From Marsupella aquatica (taxonomy: Eukaryota > Plantae > Marchantiophyta), in the NCBI GenBank assembly GCA_973895155.1, contig OZ316891.1, forward strand, positions 27,841,045-27,905,044: DNA of 64,000 nucleotides, written 5' to 3'. How positions within the stretch are numbered: the stretch's first letter is position 1; every line of letters begins with the position of its first letter. The position numbers were made by a program, and so were the translations under genes. A model generated the notes under the pieces. That model was not told the origin of the DNA. It worked only from the letters and a program-made list of their open reading frames with translations, and made no database searches. Shown here piece by piece: positions 1 through 12,079 of the stretch.

Positions 1-3000
1 TCAGCCGGGTTGAGTTTACCATCAATCTTGACTAGCTCAAACAAATTATCAGACACAGCCTGCCTGATAAAATGGTACCTGACGTCAATGTGCTTCACTC
101 TGCTGTCCATCACCTGGTTCACAGCAAGGTGGAGCGCACTTTGACTATCACAATGGAGCTTCACATTCCCCTGTGGCAATCCCATTTCAGTGATAAGTCT
201 ATCCAACCAAATCGCTTCCTTTGCTGCTTCCGCAGTTGCAACATACTCCGCTTCTGTAGTAGACTGAGCAATACACTTCTGCAAAGTAGACCTTCAACTT
301 ATGCATCCACCGCCAAGTGTGAACACGTATCCTGTTGTTGATCTCCTTCGGTCCAAATCTTGTCCATAGTCAGAATCTACATAGCCAATCAATGATCTAG
401 CATTCTTTGCATTCGCATCAAATAAAAGACCATGATCCACGGTACCCTTCAAGTACCTGATAATCCACTTCACTGCTTCCCAGTGTACCTTCCCTGGATT
501 CGACATGTACCTGCTCACCTTGCCCATAGCCATGGCAAGATCAGGTCTAGTGCAAGTCATCAAATACATGAGACTCCCCACTGCCTTGTCATATGGAACC
601 TTTGACATCAACCCCTTCTCTGTGTCATCCGTAGGACAGAACGCTGATGATAACTTGAAGTGTGGAGCCAACGGGGTACTTACTGGCTTGCTATTCTCCA
701 TGTTGAACCTTGCAATTACCTTCCTCGCATAACTGCTCTGCGTCAACCATAGCTTGCCAGCCTCCAAGTCCCTAGTGATCTCCATACCCAAAATCCTCTT
801 AGCTGGCCCTAAGTCCTTCATCTTAAACTCTGCACTAAGCAGTGCCTTGAGCTTAACAATCTCAGACCTATCCTTGGCTGTAATTAGCATGTCATCCACA
901 TAAAGTACTAAAACAATGAACCCAAAGACAAAATTCTTCACCGGTTTCAAATACACACAAGGGTCAAATACACTTCTGTGAAAACCTTGTGACCGAATCC
1001 AATCGTCAAACCGCTTGTTCCACTGTCTTGGTGACTGCTTCAACCCATACAAGGATTTCAGCAATCTGCAAACCAATTCCTCCTGTCCTATCTTCACAAA
1101 ACCTAGCGGTTGTCTCATGAAGATCACCTCTTCCAATGTGCCATAGAGGAAAGCTGTGACAACATCCATCTGATCTAGGAGCAGACCAAACATTACAACA
1201 AGTACACACAATAGTCGTATTGTAGAGTACTTAGCAACTGGTGAGAAGACCTCATTGTAATCCACACCTTTCTCTTGTGTGAATCCCTTTGCTACCAATC
1301 TAGCCTTGTAGACCTTCGATCCACCTCCTATGGAATTATCCTTCAGCTTGTAAATCCACTTGCTGTCCACCACTTGCTGACCCTTAGGCAGCTTAACAAG
1401 CTCCCAAGTTTTGTTGTCCTTTAGTGACTGCATCTCCGTTTGCATTGCTGCAGTCCACTTCTGCTTCTCTTTTGAAGCACTTGCCTCATGAAATGAAGAA
1501 GGTTCTCCTTCTTCCAAAATTAACGCATCACCCTCATCATCAGCTGTAAAATCATCCTCTTGCAGTTGAGATGAATCAACCCACTGTCCATACCTTGATG
1601 GAGCGCGTACAGTGCGACCAGATGTTCTTCTAGCCGATGACTCCGGTTGATCTGCGTGTGCTGGTACAATTTGAAGCTCAACAGCATCCACTTGTTGCTC
1701 ACCAGCATCAACAAACTCCTCTGGTTCCTCTGGCACAGGAACCAGCTCCATAATTGGAGCAACTCCTCTCCGGTCATGCACCTCATAACCAATCTCCCCC
1801 TCAACGAGATCCGGGATAGGAGATTTTCCTTTGTAAGTACGGGAGACCTGAGTATTCTCCCCCTCCTTCAATAATCTGGATTCATTGAAGGAAACATCCC
1901 TACTGACAACGAGCTTACAGGCAATAGGATCCCATAGCCTATAGGCTTTCACACCACTCTGGTACCCAAGAAAAACACATTTCCTGGAGGTAGGATCCAA
2001 CTTGGTCCTATTCTGCTTTGGTGTGAGAGCATATGCATCACTTCCAAAAATTACCAAGCCATGATAGTCTGCTTGCCGCTTATAGCGCATCTCAAACGGC
2101 GTTTTGAAATTGATAGCACTAGAAGGAGAAAGATTTACCAAATAAGCTGCGGTATTGACAGCTTCTGCCCAAAATTCTTGTGGTAAACCTGATTGGCTCA
2201 ACATACTCCGTGACCGCTCCAACAGTGTCCGATTGAGCCTCTCAGCGACACCATTCTGCTGCGGAGTATAAACTATGGTGAGATGGCGAGTTATCCCCTG
2301 TTCTGAACATATATTACTCTTCAAATTCCATTGAAGTGTACTCCCCGCCGTTGTCTGACCTCAGACTCTTCACCCTTGTATCCAAACACTTGATCGTGTT
2401 TCCAGTCTGATTCTCCACCTGGGCCTTCCACTTCTTAAAAATGGACAAGACATCAGACTTATGCGTCATGAAATAAATCCACACAAATCTTGAGTAATCA
2501 TCAATAAATGATACATAGTACAACTTTCCAGAGTGTGAGGGAGTCGGGGATGGACCCCACACGTCACTATGTATGTACTCAAGAACCGCTTTGGAACGAT
2601 GAGTTCCAACACCAAAAGCACGACGATGCTGCTTTCCAAGAATGCAATGCTCACAAAACTCTAATTTACAAGATTGCAAATCAGAAATGAGTCCATTCTT
2701 CCGTAAGATAGCCAAACCCTTCTCACTCATGTGGCCTAGCCGTGAATGCCACAGTTGAGTCATCTCCTCGTGAGACTTGGTTACATTGGCCTCTCCACAT
2801 ACAGTATTGCCCTGTAACACATACAAATTCTTTTGTCTACTCCCCTTCAAAATCACTGTCTCTCCCGACCTGACTTGAAGTTCACCATCAATAACGCTCC
2901 ATTGATGACCATTTGAATCCAACACACCGAGTGAAATCAGATTCTTACGCATGCCAGGTACATACCTGACTCCGGACACTGTGCGCACAGCGCCATCAAA

Positions 3001-3192
3001 CATTTGAATCTTCACAGACCCAATTCCCTCAATTTGACAGGAGTGATCATTTCCCATCAGAACTGAACCGTTTGAAATAGAGTAAGAACTGAAAAACTCA
3101 CGAATGTAACAAATATGAAAAGAGCAAGCACAATCAAGAATCCACACATCATCTGCTCTCCTAGATGACGTGCACAGGGCATACCCCCGGCT
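1..3192 (-). pseudogene. pol: Copia pol (PR-IN-RT-RNase H), with a frameshift near 2310-2320 and a TGG>TGA stop at 294-296
   Basis: WILDCACSFH protease, WHSRLGH..CEHC, YIHSDVWGP / SDNGGEY / PQQNGVAER integrase, LYVDDML RT, YVDSDY...STTEAEY RNase H continuing past the stop to the window edge. Confidence 0.95.
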
Positions 3193-4227
3193 TCATAAAA
3201 CATACTCATCATTGAGTAAATCAGCTTCTCCATCAGCCCTAGCCACATTTGCCGATGAAGTTTCCGCTGCCTTTCCCTTACAGTCTCGCTTGAAGTGTCC
3301 AACTTGGTTGCACTTCCAACATGTCACCTGCCTCCTCTGAGGGGATTTACCCTTGGACTTAGATCTGGATTTAGATCTAAACTGGGTTCTACGGTCCCCA
3401 GTTGGTCGCTGCATACTCCTCCCACGGTTAACATTGAGGGCAGCACCAGATGATGAAGGCTGTGACGTGATGTGCATCTTCTGTTGAAGATCATCACTAA
3501 GCAGAGAACTTACCACGTCATTGTATGAAATGGTATCCCTATCACGATGCAACAACACTCGTGATAGGGACTGGTAAGATGGAGGCAATGAACTAAGAAG
3601 CTGCAGAGCCTTCGTCTCATCATTCAAAGTCTCCCCAAGGTTTTCCAAGTCAACGACCATGTCGTTGAAAGCATCCACATGGTCTTGCAACTTCGTACCA
3701 GATTCCTTCATCTTGAAACTCATCAGTTTGTAGGAAGTGTAGAGCCGGTTCGACAACTCCTTGCGGTGATACTTGCTCTGCAATTCCGCAAATAAGGACA
3801 TGCAATCCTTATGTGCACCCAACTGCTTGATGATGGGAGGCATGAGATAGAGTGTAACACACCACACTCCCTGCTCCTGCATGCGGTCCCATTGTTTCTC
3901 ATCAACATCGTCTTCACGAGGGCTCAGCAGTTGGCCCATCCCTAACGCATAAAGCACTCCCTTCACCTGCTTCTCCCATAGCAAGTAGTCAGAGCGCCCA
4001 TCATACTTTGTCACTTCATACTTGGGTCCCCCAAGCTTGAAAGTCCCCATCTTCTTCTTTACCGTGAGCTCCGGTAGTAGTACTGCTTCCTCCACCACAC
4101 GCCGCACCGGTGATGGTATCGGTGTCACGTGCTCTTCCTCCTGCTCCTCTCTCTGCCCCTGAAACCTCCGCGGTGACCCTCGTGCTTCAAGTTCCACGTC
4201 TTCGAAAAACTCCTCCGAATCACTCAT
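3193..4227 (-). CDS. gag: Copia Gag (acidic N-terminal extension, capsid-like region, CCHC knuckle), 344 aa
   Basis: KYDGRSDYLLW motif, LLSSLPPSY motif, CWKCNQVGHFKRDC zinc knuckle; uninterrupted ORF. Confidence 0.93.
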   Translation of the reverse strand: MSDSEEFFEDVELEARGSPRRFQGQREEQEEEHVTPIPSPVRRVVEEAVLLPELTVKKKMGTFKLGGPKYEVTKYDGRSDYLLWEKQVKGVLYALGMGQLLSPREDDVDEKQWDRMQEQGVWCVTLYLMPPIIKQLGAHKDCMSLFAELQSKYHRKELSNRLYTSYKLMSFKMKESGTKLQDHVDAFNDMVVDLENLGETLNDETKALQLLSSLPPSYQSLSRVLLHRDRDTISYNDVVSSLLSDDLQQKMHITSQPSSSGAALNVNRGRSMQRPTGDRRTQFRSKSRSKSKGKSPQRRQVTCWKCNQVGHFKRDCKGKAAETSSANVARADGEADLLNDEYVL

Positions 4228-4913
4228 ATGAGAAAGTCACAAAAAATGTTGTTTTTCACAACTTCTCAAAAAACTCGAAACTCAACACCGCCGCGTAGCC
4301 CACAAAGCTAGGAGTCCAATACAGAAAACCGAAATCAAAATCAAAATTTGACGGAAAAGTTATTCAAATTTCGGTCGAGGTGGGTAAAACCTTGGGAAAC
4401 TCCCCCGTTTTGACCACCTCAGGGAATAACCGAAATACCAAGTACAACCCATTGTCGGAATTACGATGTGATTGGTGCGCCGCGTTGCCAACTTCAATGG
4501 CTACGACCTTGTCAACAACGAATGTTGATCAATTGCACTTGGTGCCGTCACCAATCCAACAAGGTAATTGATTTTGCTTAGCCTTCCTCTTTGCATCAAA
4601 GAGCCAATCCCGGACTCAAAACAATCGTCTTGCCTCAATCTCTCCGTTGAGTCAAAACACTTGACGCTTCTCCCTCCGAGTCGATTGTCAACTTTCTTCA
4701 CAAAATCCAGAACGACGAAAACTTAGATCTCTCTGCACCACGAGCTCCGTTCAGCGATTTCTTCACACCGTTAGAAAGCTCTTGCCCCGATCTATCCGTT
4801 GAGCCCATAAACTCCAAGTTCCATGTGACGGAACTCCGGGAAATCCACCGACACTCAACGCTGGAAAAACCGTAATGAAATCCCGTCATGAACACACGTC
4901 ACCTCCCAAGCAT

Positions 4914-4925
4914 GCTCTGATACCA
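4914..4925 (-). promoter_or_regulatory. Primer-binding site, tRNA-iMet type
   Basis: TGGTATCAGAGC 2 nt downstream of the LTR end on the minus strand. Confidence 0.93.
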
Positions 4926-4927
4926 AT

Positions 4928-5384
4928 TGTTGAGCATAGACGACGATCGCAACGGCAAGCCCATGAACCATCCAACGCACAATAGTCGACACAAGAGATA
5001 CGTGGTTCACCTCCTTGAGGCTACGTCCACGGGAACACACAAGAGAGCTTTACTGAACTCTAAGCCCGTCGGCTATACCGAGTCTCCACAGTGTAAGCTC
5101 TCTCTATCTCTCAAGTGGCTCCATAACAATGAGCCTTGGTTCTACCTCTCCAAGCACACATGCCTCTTATGATATAGTGTGCAACTTAGTTGTACCTAAC
5201 CACATAGTTGTACCTAATCACGTAGTTGTACCTAACCACATAGTTGTACCTAATCACGTAGTTGTACCTAACCACATAGTTGTATCTAATCACGTAGTTG
5301 TACCTAACCACGTAGTTGTACCAACCCACGTTGTTGTACCAACCACGTCATACCTAACCTAGACGTAAGAGTAAATACCCAACA
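4928..5384 (-). repeat. 5' LTR of copia copy A (457 bp, TGTTG...CAACA)
   Basis: TG..CA termini with 5-bp inverted ends; homologous to 20228-20574, 22208-22552 and 41712-42054. Confidence 0.95.
5187..5345. repeat. 18-bp tandem array inside LTR A (~9 copies of TAGTTGTACCTAAYCACR)
   Basis: Directly visible; translates as the spurious VVPNHI/V repeat ORF. Confidence 0.95.
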
Positions 5385-5389
5385 GAGGA

Positions 5390-5580
5390 TATGTGTGGGT
5401 GGTGTGTAGTGGTGGGAGTATTGGTTTCTCCTCAGCCCCTGACTGGCCAGCTGTTAGGCCCTGGTTTAACCCTCTCTCCCTCTTGGTCTGGTCCCCGTTG
5501 GATCCCTAGCTATTGCCCCCTTTGGAGTCCCCTTGTGGCTATCCCACATAAAATTGCATGCTCCAAAGCAGAATGTCTGA
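5390..5580. repeat. Dispersed GC-rich repeat, inverted relative to 10380-10790; copia A abuts it
   Basis: TGTGTGGGTGG..GGTTTCTCCTCAGCCC..CTCTCTCCCTC..CCCCTTGTGG matches the reverse complement of the 10.4-10.8 kb unit. Confidence 0.7.
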
Positions 5581-7981
5581 TTTAGACATTCAATGCAAAA
5601 TAAAGAATGGGCACTGGCTCCACCTTTTGTGGTGAGTACATTGTTGACCACAGGACACAAATGTGCATAAACAAGGTAGAGAATGTGGCTTTTATAAGGG
5701 CAGGTGTGATTTAAGTTGAATGAGAACTAAGGTTGCCACATGGACAGGACACCTAAGGAATCCACTGAAAACCTTCTGTTACTGGTCAAATGCATGTTTG
5801 CATGTCATGTAAGGAACATAAGTGTAGAATGTGCTATGTGAGTAAATTGTGACTTTTCCTTTAATTGCGTCCATCAGAGTTATGCCTGCATGACCATCCA
5901 GGCATCATATCATCCAAGCATCATGTTAAACATTTGTTTTCATATAAGCTTCCACTTCCCTCTTCCAACTAATAAACTGACATTCTGATAATTAATCTTC
6001 TCTTTGTTTCTCACGGTATGCTTACAAAAAGTCATGGGGGAAATCTCCTTGGTCCTTCAATTATATATGGTAACATTTTTTCTTGCTCACAGACTACTTG
6101 AATCCCATTGCCAAGATTGACTCATTGACTCCTTGTAGCATTGCCTGCCCATCTCATTTATGCTCAACAATACTTCCGCTCAACACCACTACAACATATG
6201 CAATGCTCAGGCACTGGGCTAGTCTCACTACTATAACATGCTATCCCCTGCCCCATTTCTCCATGTTGTCCGCTTACGAAAAGCAAAAAAAGGTTGGAGC
6301 AAAATCTGACCATAGGTTGATAAAACATATTTCCTTGACCGGTCAATCAAGAAAATATTCCTCCTACCGGCATGTCTGCACATTATCACAATCGGCATGC
6401 ACACACCTTACCCTTGGAGAACATGTGTACACATCTTACCATTGTACTCATGGAGGGAAAACTACACTTGCATGTAGGGCATGTGATCGAGCTAGCAACA
6501 GTACCACAATACCTGGAGTCTAAGTGTACAGTTATAGTACATTTGCCTGGTAGTGTACAATGCACAATTGCACCCTACATAAGTGTGTGGTGCACCACGT
6601 CTGCCTTACTTAGAAACCAAAAGAAAAAAAGAACAAAAAACTAAATATTTAAAAAAATTTAAAAACCAAAAATGAAGAAGAAAATTTACAAAAATCATGA
6701 AGGATTACAAAAAGAAATAAAAAATTAAAGAAAGACTAAATTTTTAAAAAGACTAAACTAAATACAAAATTAAAGAAAATTTCAAAAACATCTCTCCCTC
6801 CTATGGCATGGTAATGTTTGGACTCTACCAAGCTGTCCCTACCATGGTTGGCTAGTCTCAATCCCTACACCCTTGCCCTGAGTTGCCCTCAGAAAGAACC
6901 ACATTGACCAAATGATGATATCTTTGGAATAAAAAGCATCCAAGTTGAATGATGAGACTTTGCATTGAAAAAATGAGCACAAATACAGTCACAAACAACA
7001 AATTTTGAATTATGACAATAGTTTGTTGCATTATTTGCAATTGGTTGCTTCCCCACAACATTTTCATGTAGCACATGACCAGGTCTGGTTGCACCAATGA
7101 CTACATGGTTGCAACGACCACATGGGGTCATGACAACAATGATCACCTTCAATTCTTTTTTGGCTTGTCTTCACATTTTTGTGTCAAGCACCAGTATTGC
7201 TGCAAGCTGAGACATGGCTGCAATGATCACATGGTTATATTGACTACAATGATAAAATTTCAAACTTTCAAAACTTTTGAAAAGCTTTGAATAAATATGA
7301 TAACTCAAACACAAAAATTCATTAAACAAATACAAACAAAACAAAACAAAAACACTCCCTCTTATCACCTTTGTCACCTATTTTGCGTCCTATGCTCTAA
7401 CCTTTGCTCTCCCCAACAATAAGATTTTTGAAACAATAACTGTGACCAAAATGATAAAGATTCTTTGCCTTGCTTACATTTGTTGTCCTACTATTATATC
7501 CTTGTCTCCCTTGCATTTGTTTGCCTTGCTTTGACATTGTTGCCTCACTTTGACATCTTTGTCTCATCTTTACATCTAAATTTGCCTTAACATTTGTGTC
7601 TTGCCTTGACATCTTTGTCTCACCTCAACATCTTCTGTACAAAGGACGGGCATTGGGCTTGTAAGGGGTATAATAAACTATATTCATACCAAAATCTACC
7701 CATATATTTGCAATCAACAAGTATCTTCAAGGCCTATGGTCTAGAGTGACATGTGGGGACTGCAACTTTTGGAGCCTAATTTGAGTTGTGTGTGGCACAC
7801 AAGTAATGGGGGCCAATCTATTGAAATGGTGCAAGGGGGCTTGAGTATACTCCCCTCTATTTAGGCTAAAAAAAGGGGCACTTAGGCTAGCCACAAATTC
7901 ACCCAATTTCGATGACAAGTAAATAAAATAATGCACATAGAAGTATTTTGATTGAGGTTTTCGTGTGACCTAAATTTTGAG

Positions 7982-7989
7982 AAACCCTA
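7982..7989 (+). promoter_or_regulatory. Telo-box AAACCCTA upstream of RPL24
   Basis: Exact motif ~180 nt before the ATG; typical of plant ribosomal-protein promoters. Confidence 0.65.
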
Positions 7990-8161
7990 GTCCGTTCGTT
8001 CGGTTTTCTCTGCTCTTCGTTTCTCCTCTCTCTTCGTTGTTGTGCCTCTTTTCTCGTTGGTCTGGACTGTGAACCTCTTCCACGTTCTTTTCGGCACCGA
8101 TTGATCGATCAGCCGAGCAGCTGCTGCTGCATGCTCGGAGGAGTTACGAGGAGGTCTCGCC

Positions 8162-9147
8162 ATGGTGCTCAAGTACGTAATGCTCACCCAAATTCGCTCT
8201 GAACCACTCCACTAGAGCACTCCGTTTTTCCTGTTCTCGTTCGCCGCAGGTTTTGTGGTTTGTGATCTCTATTTGTTGCTTCGGTGGAGATTTGTTGATG
8301 CACTGTGAATCGATGTGCGAGTCTGTTAACTGTGCCCGCTTGATTTGGTTTGACCTCTTGCAGGACGGAGGTCTGCCGCTTTAGCGGCTCGAAGATTTAT
8401 CCCGGGCGGGGAATTAGGTTTATCCGCAGTGACTCGCAGGTTTTCCTGTTTGTTAACTCGAAGTGCAAGCATTACTTCCACAACCGGCTGAAACCATCCA
8501 AGCTCACCTGGACTGCGTTGTATAGGAAGCAACATAAAAAGGTATGTGGGGCTCTGCTAGCTTTCTTTGAGTTTCCTATATGTCATTACCCTGTACGTGA
8601 AATGGTTGTTATGAAGCTTTATATGTGATACTCAAAGCTGCTCTGTCGTCGTTAGGACATCCTTTCGGAGACCGTTAAGAGAAAACGCCGAGCCACGAGC
8701 AAGCCCTACTCGAGATCCATTGTCGGTGCTTCGCTGGAAGTCATCCAGAAGAAGAGAACCGAGAAGACCGAAGTTCGTGCCGCTGCTCGTGAGGCAGCGC
8801 TTCGGTGAGTGACGTTCATATCAGATAGTTCTCTTGCGAATTGTAATGAGAGCATTCCTACTGAATTAGTAGCTTGCGCAATTACATTCCTTCGGGGGCA
8901 ATTGTCTTTCAATCCTGTGCATTTCTTCTTGTGGTGTCCATTTACGGTTGTAATCAGACGCTATCTTTCAATAAGTGCATTCTTGTTTTCTAGGGAGATC
9001 AAGGAGAGAATTAAGAAGACGAAGGATGACAAGAAGGCCAAGAAGGCAGAGGCCGTGAAAGGTAGCTCAAAGGCCGGCAAGCCTCAGGTTGCTAGGGCAG
9101 CTCCAGGCCCGAAAGCTAAGACTGGTGGAGGCGGTGGCAAGCGGTAA
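8162..9147 (+). CDS. RPL24: Cytosolic 60S ribosomal protein eL24; exons 8162-8172, 8364-8541, 8656-8804, 8994-9147
   Basis: Spliced product [76 protein letters not shown]; all introns GT-AG and in frame. Confidence 0.97.
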
Positions 9148-9728
9148 TTGCTATAGGATATACTGTACTCCAGGAAGTTAATGGATCATCCGTTTACCTA
9201 GCGCGGGAAAGGTTTTGTACATGGGCAGGGTCTTGTATTTCGCAACGGCCGAGGTTGAGGTATTTTTGAGGTTTTGGCCCCAATTTGTAAACAGATAATT
9301 GTGAGGAATAACGAGCTGGGGTCTACTTTTGGTCTCCTCATATGGTTTCATGCAACCTGGATCTCAAAATCGATTAAAGCCCCGAGAGTAAGCTCAAGTA
9401 GCAGACCGTTGAGAAAGAGCTCAAGGCGCCCAAGAATTATCACAACTATAATTACTGCATTGGTTTTCTTTAACAATCATAAATTTGAACATGGTTTGCT
9501 GTGAGGTATCAATTGCTACCGACTATGCTTGAGACTGAATTCGTACTTAAGGGAAGCATTGTGCAGCGATCTTCGTCGTCTCATTGTAGCAAAGAGAATC
9601 TATGTAATATGAATTGGGGACTCCGTTTGATATGCTTCCTTTAGGCCCTTTCGGATTGGATCTAACAGCAGGCATGCCTCAACACCTCGAATACTTCCTT
9701 CAGTTTACGTTCTGTTGTCTATGTCATA

Positions 9729-10110
9729 GATTAGCAGGACGTGTAAAGATAGCTCAGAAGTTGTGAACTGAAGTTCAGTGCAGGGAATACACTATTGAAG
9801 AAGCAGAAGCGTTATGGATCGAAACTAACTATCCCCTAGATCACAAAGTGTTTCGTTCAAGTTCTGCCTCTGATCTCATCGATTAGGAAGAGGTGTTGTG
9901 AACTGAAATTGTGACAGTACAGGGAATACATTATTTTAGAAGCAGAAACGTCATAGATCGAAACTAACTGTTCCCTAGATCTCAAAGTGTTCAGTTTAAG
10001 TTCCGTCTGCGATTAGCAGGAACTGTAAAGATTTCTCAAAAGTGGTGAACTGAAATTCTGACAGTTTAGGGAATACATTGTTGTAGAAGCAGAAACGTCA
10101 TGGATCGAAA
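9729..10110. repeat. Degenerate tandem repeat, ~3 units of ~140 bp
   Basis: Recurring GTGAACTGAA..AGGGAATACA..AGAAGCAGAA..GATCGAAAC. Confidence 0.75.
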
Positions 10111-10379
10111 CCACCTATTCGATGACTGCAATATTTCACAAGAAGTGAGACTTCGTAAGTAGAGAATTATAATCAACCCTGACCTGTCAGATCGTACAAT
10201 CTCCGTTTCATCAATACGTACAGTACCCACCTCCTTCGACAGTATTAGTTAATCTCAGCATCTGACAAGGGTTGGGGTTCCACCGCTTTTGTTTTCTTTG
10301 CCTTGAGTACTGAAAGTTCACCCATCGAACAGAGGATAGACATCTTGACTACCTAAAGTTCACCCATCTACCAGAGGAT

Positions 10380-10913
10380 AGCCATTACTCTGGAGCATAC
10401 ACCGCTGTATGGTAGCCCACAAAGGGGGTCATACCAGCCCACAAGGGGGTCATACCAGCCCACAAGGGGGGTCATACCCAGTACCAGGAGGGAGAGAGTG
10501 TTGGCCCAGAGCCCCTAGGCGGACGAGCCAAGCCCACAAGGGGGGTCATACCCAGTACCAGGAGGGAGAGAGTGTTGGCCCAGAGCCCCTAGGCGGAAAA
10601 GCCAAGGGCTGAGGAGAAACCTGGACTCCCATCACTACACCCCACCCACACACACAGCCAAGCCCACAAGGGGGGTCATACCCAGTACCAGGAGGGAGAG
10701 AGTGTTGGCCCAAAGCCCCTAGGCGGAAGAGCCAAGGGCTGAGGAGAAACCAGGACTCCCATCACTACACCCCACCCACACACACTCGCCCTCCACATAA
10801 CCCTTGCATGTGGAGGGGGATTGGGATTTCTTGTTTCTAGGTCCATCCCCGCCCTCCACATAACCCTTGCATGTGGAGGGGGATTGGGATTTCTTGTTTC
10901 TAGGTCCATCCCC
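10380..10913. repeat. GC-rich repeat with nested tandem duplications (~21, ~72, ~130 and 63 bp)
   Basis: Repeated CACAAGGGGGGTCATACC and GGAGGGAGAGAGTGTTGGCCC; 63-bp unit at 10788 and 10851 contains hairpin CCCTCCACAT-N9-ATGTGGAGGG. Confidence 0.85.
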
Positions 10914-11474
10914 TGGCTGATGGTGTATGTTGTCTGTCAGATAATCTGTCTTGACTAGAGTGGCTGGACTACATATTGTTGGAGATGAATTAAATGACCT
11001 AGAAGTTTGCATTGATCACTCTCTTGTCAGTCCCCAAGACCCAAAGACTGTTAAGTCACATGCTTGGGTCATTTGCACGGGTAGATTTATCCATGGGCTG
11101 GTGTCTCCAAGAGCTGAGGAGTAGAGGACAAGGATAATTGAACTCATTTCGTCATTCATTTTTGAGTTAGATTTCATCCTGACATTTGCTTCATAACTGT
11201 GCCCTGTTGGTTAAACAATTCTAGGGAGCAGATTCCTCAAATTCTTGGTACATATTTGGTTGAATTAGTTGTGGACCCCTGTATTGTAAGGATACTAATA
11301 CATGTTTCATTTCATTCAACATTGTGAAGGGATGGAGACCCTAAATTGTTAATGCTTGTATGGCAACTAATAAATGATTAGTTTTATTCAACATTGTGAA
11401 GGGTTGAATGTTAGAGTTTATTTGCACTATATCAATATAAATACAAAGGTTGTAACTAAATAACAAATATTTTA

Positions 11475-11840
11475 TGACACAAAGACGCTACGAGTTGTGC
11501 AATTAGTTACTTCAATGTGCCTTTTTAACGACACTCATTTCAATAAAATCCATAAACTTAGGAAAGAAAGCCAGGAGGGGAACTTAAAACACAATGTGTT
11601 GCCATTACTTAGAATCATTCATCTCACTCACGAGAATACTTATAAGTGGTAGAAAATGAAGCCCTTGGTTTCTCTCTAGGAGATAAGAAAGTTTGAAACT
11701 TTAGGGGGCTGCCAAAATAAATTCAAAACACTATAGGATACCAAAAATTAAAGGGGACCAAAAATGAATTATAAGTATATATAATACAAAGGATGCCCCT
11801 TATTAAGGCACATTAAAATAAAAATGCATGACACATAAAT
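11475..11840. repeat. AT-rich dispersed repeat; inverted copy at ~22025-22735 (split by a solo LTR), relative at ~36550-36690
   Basis: Shared GGCTGCCAAAATAA..TAGGATACCAAAAATTAAAGGGG..GGCACATT(A/G)AAATAAA blocks. Confidence 0.7.
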
Positions 11841-12079
11841 ATGAATAAGACAAGACATGAAAAGTTGGACTCACCATATACCATAACTCCAGTAGATATA
11901 ATATGTATGTAAAGTTATGATGATAAAAAGAAGTTGTTGCTATGGTGGCCAGGTTACCTTTGGACAAGGTTACGCTTGGCTGGTGATGTCTGGTGTATGT
12001 GCTGGATAATCCAACAAACATACCCTTCTTGGCAATGGCCCTTGCCTGGGCGTCAGTGAGCAGGCAATATTGCTGATCC

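Larger units (their letters stand above)
1..5384 (-). mobile_element. Ty1/copia LTR retrotransposon, copy A (3' part runs off the window; pol disrupted)
   Basis: 5' LTR 4928-5384, PBS TGGTATCAGAGC on the minus strand at 4925-4914, then gag-PR-IN-RT-RNaseH order (IN before RT = copia). Confidence 0.97.

Noticed and set aside
5129-5362. VVPNHI/V repeat protein
   Set aside because: Translation of the 18-bp LTR tandem array.
9729-10110. snoRNA cluster downstream of RPL24
   Set aside because: No canonical box C (RTGATGA) with terminal box D and stem, and no recognisable rRNA antisense element.
10605-10760. CTGAGGA-GAAAC as a hammerhead ribozyme core
   Set aside because: No stem II between the two boxes and no convincing stems I and III.
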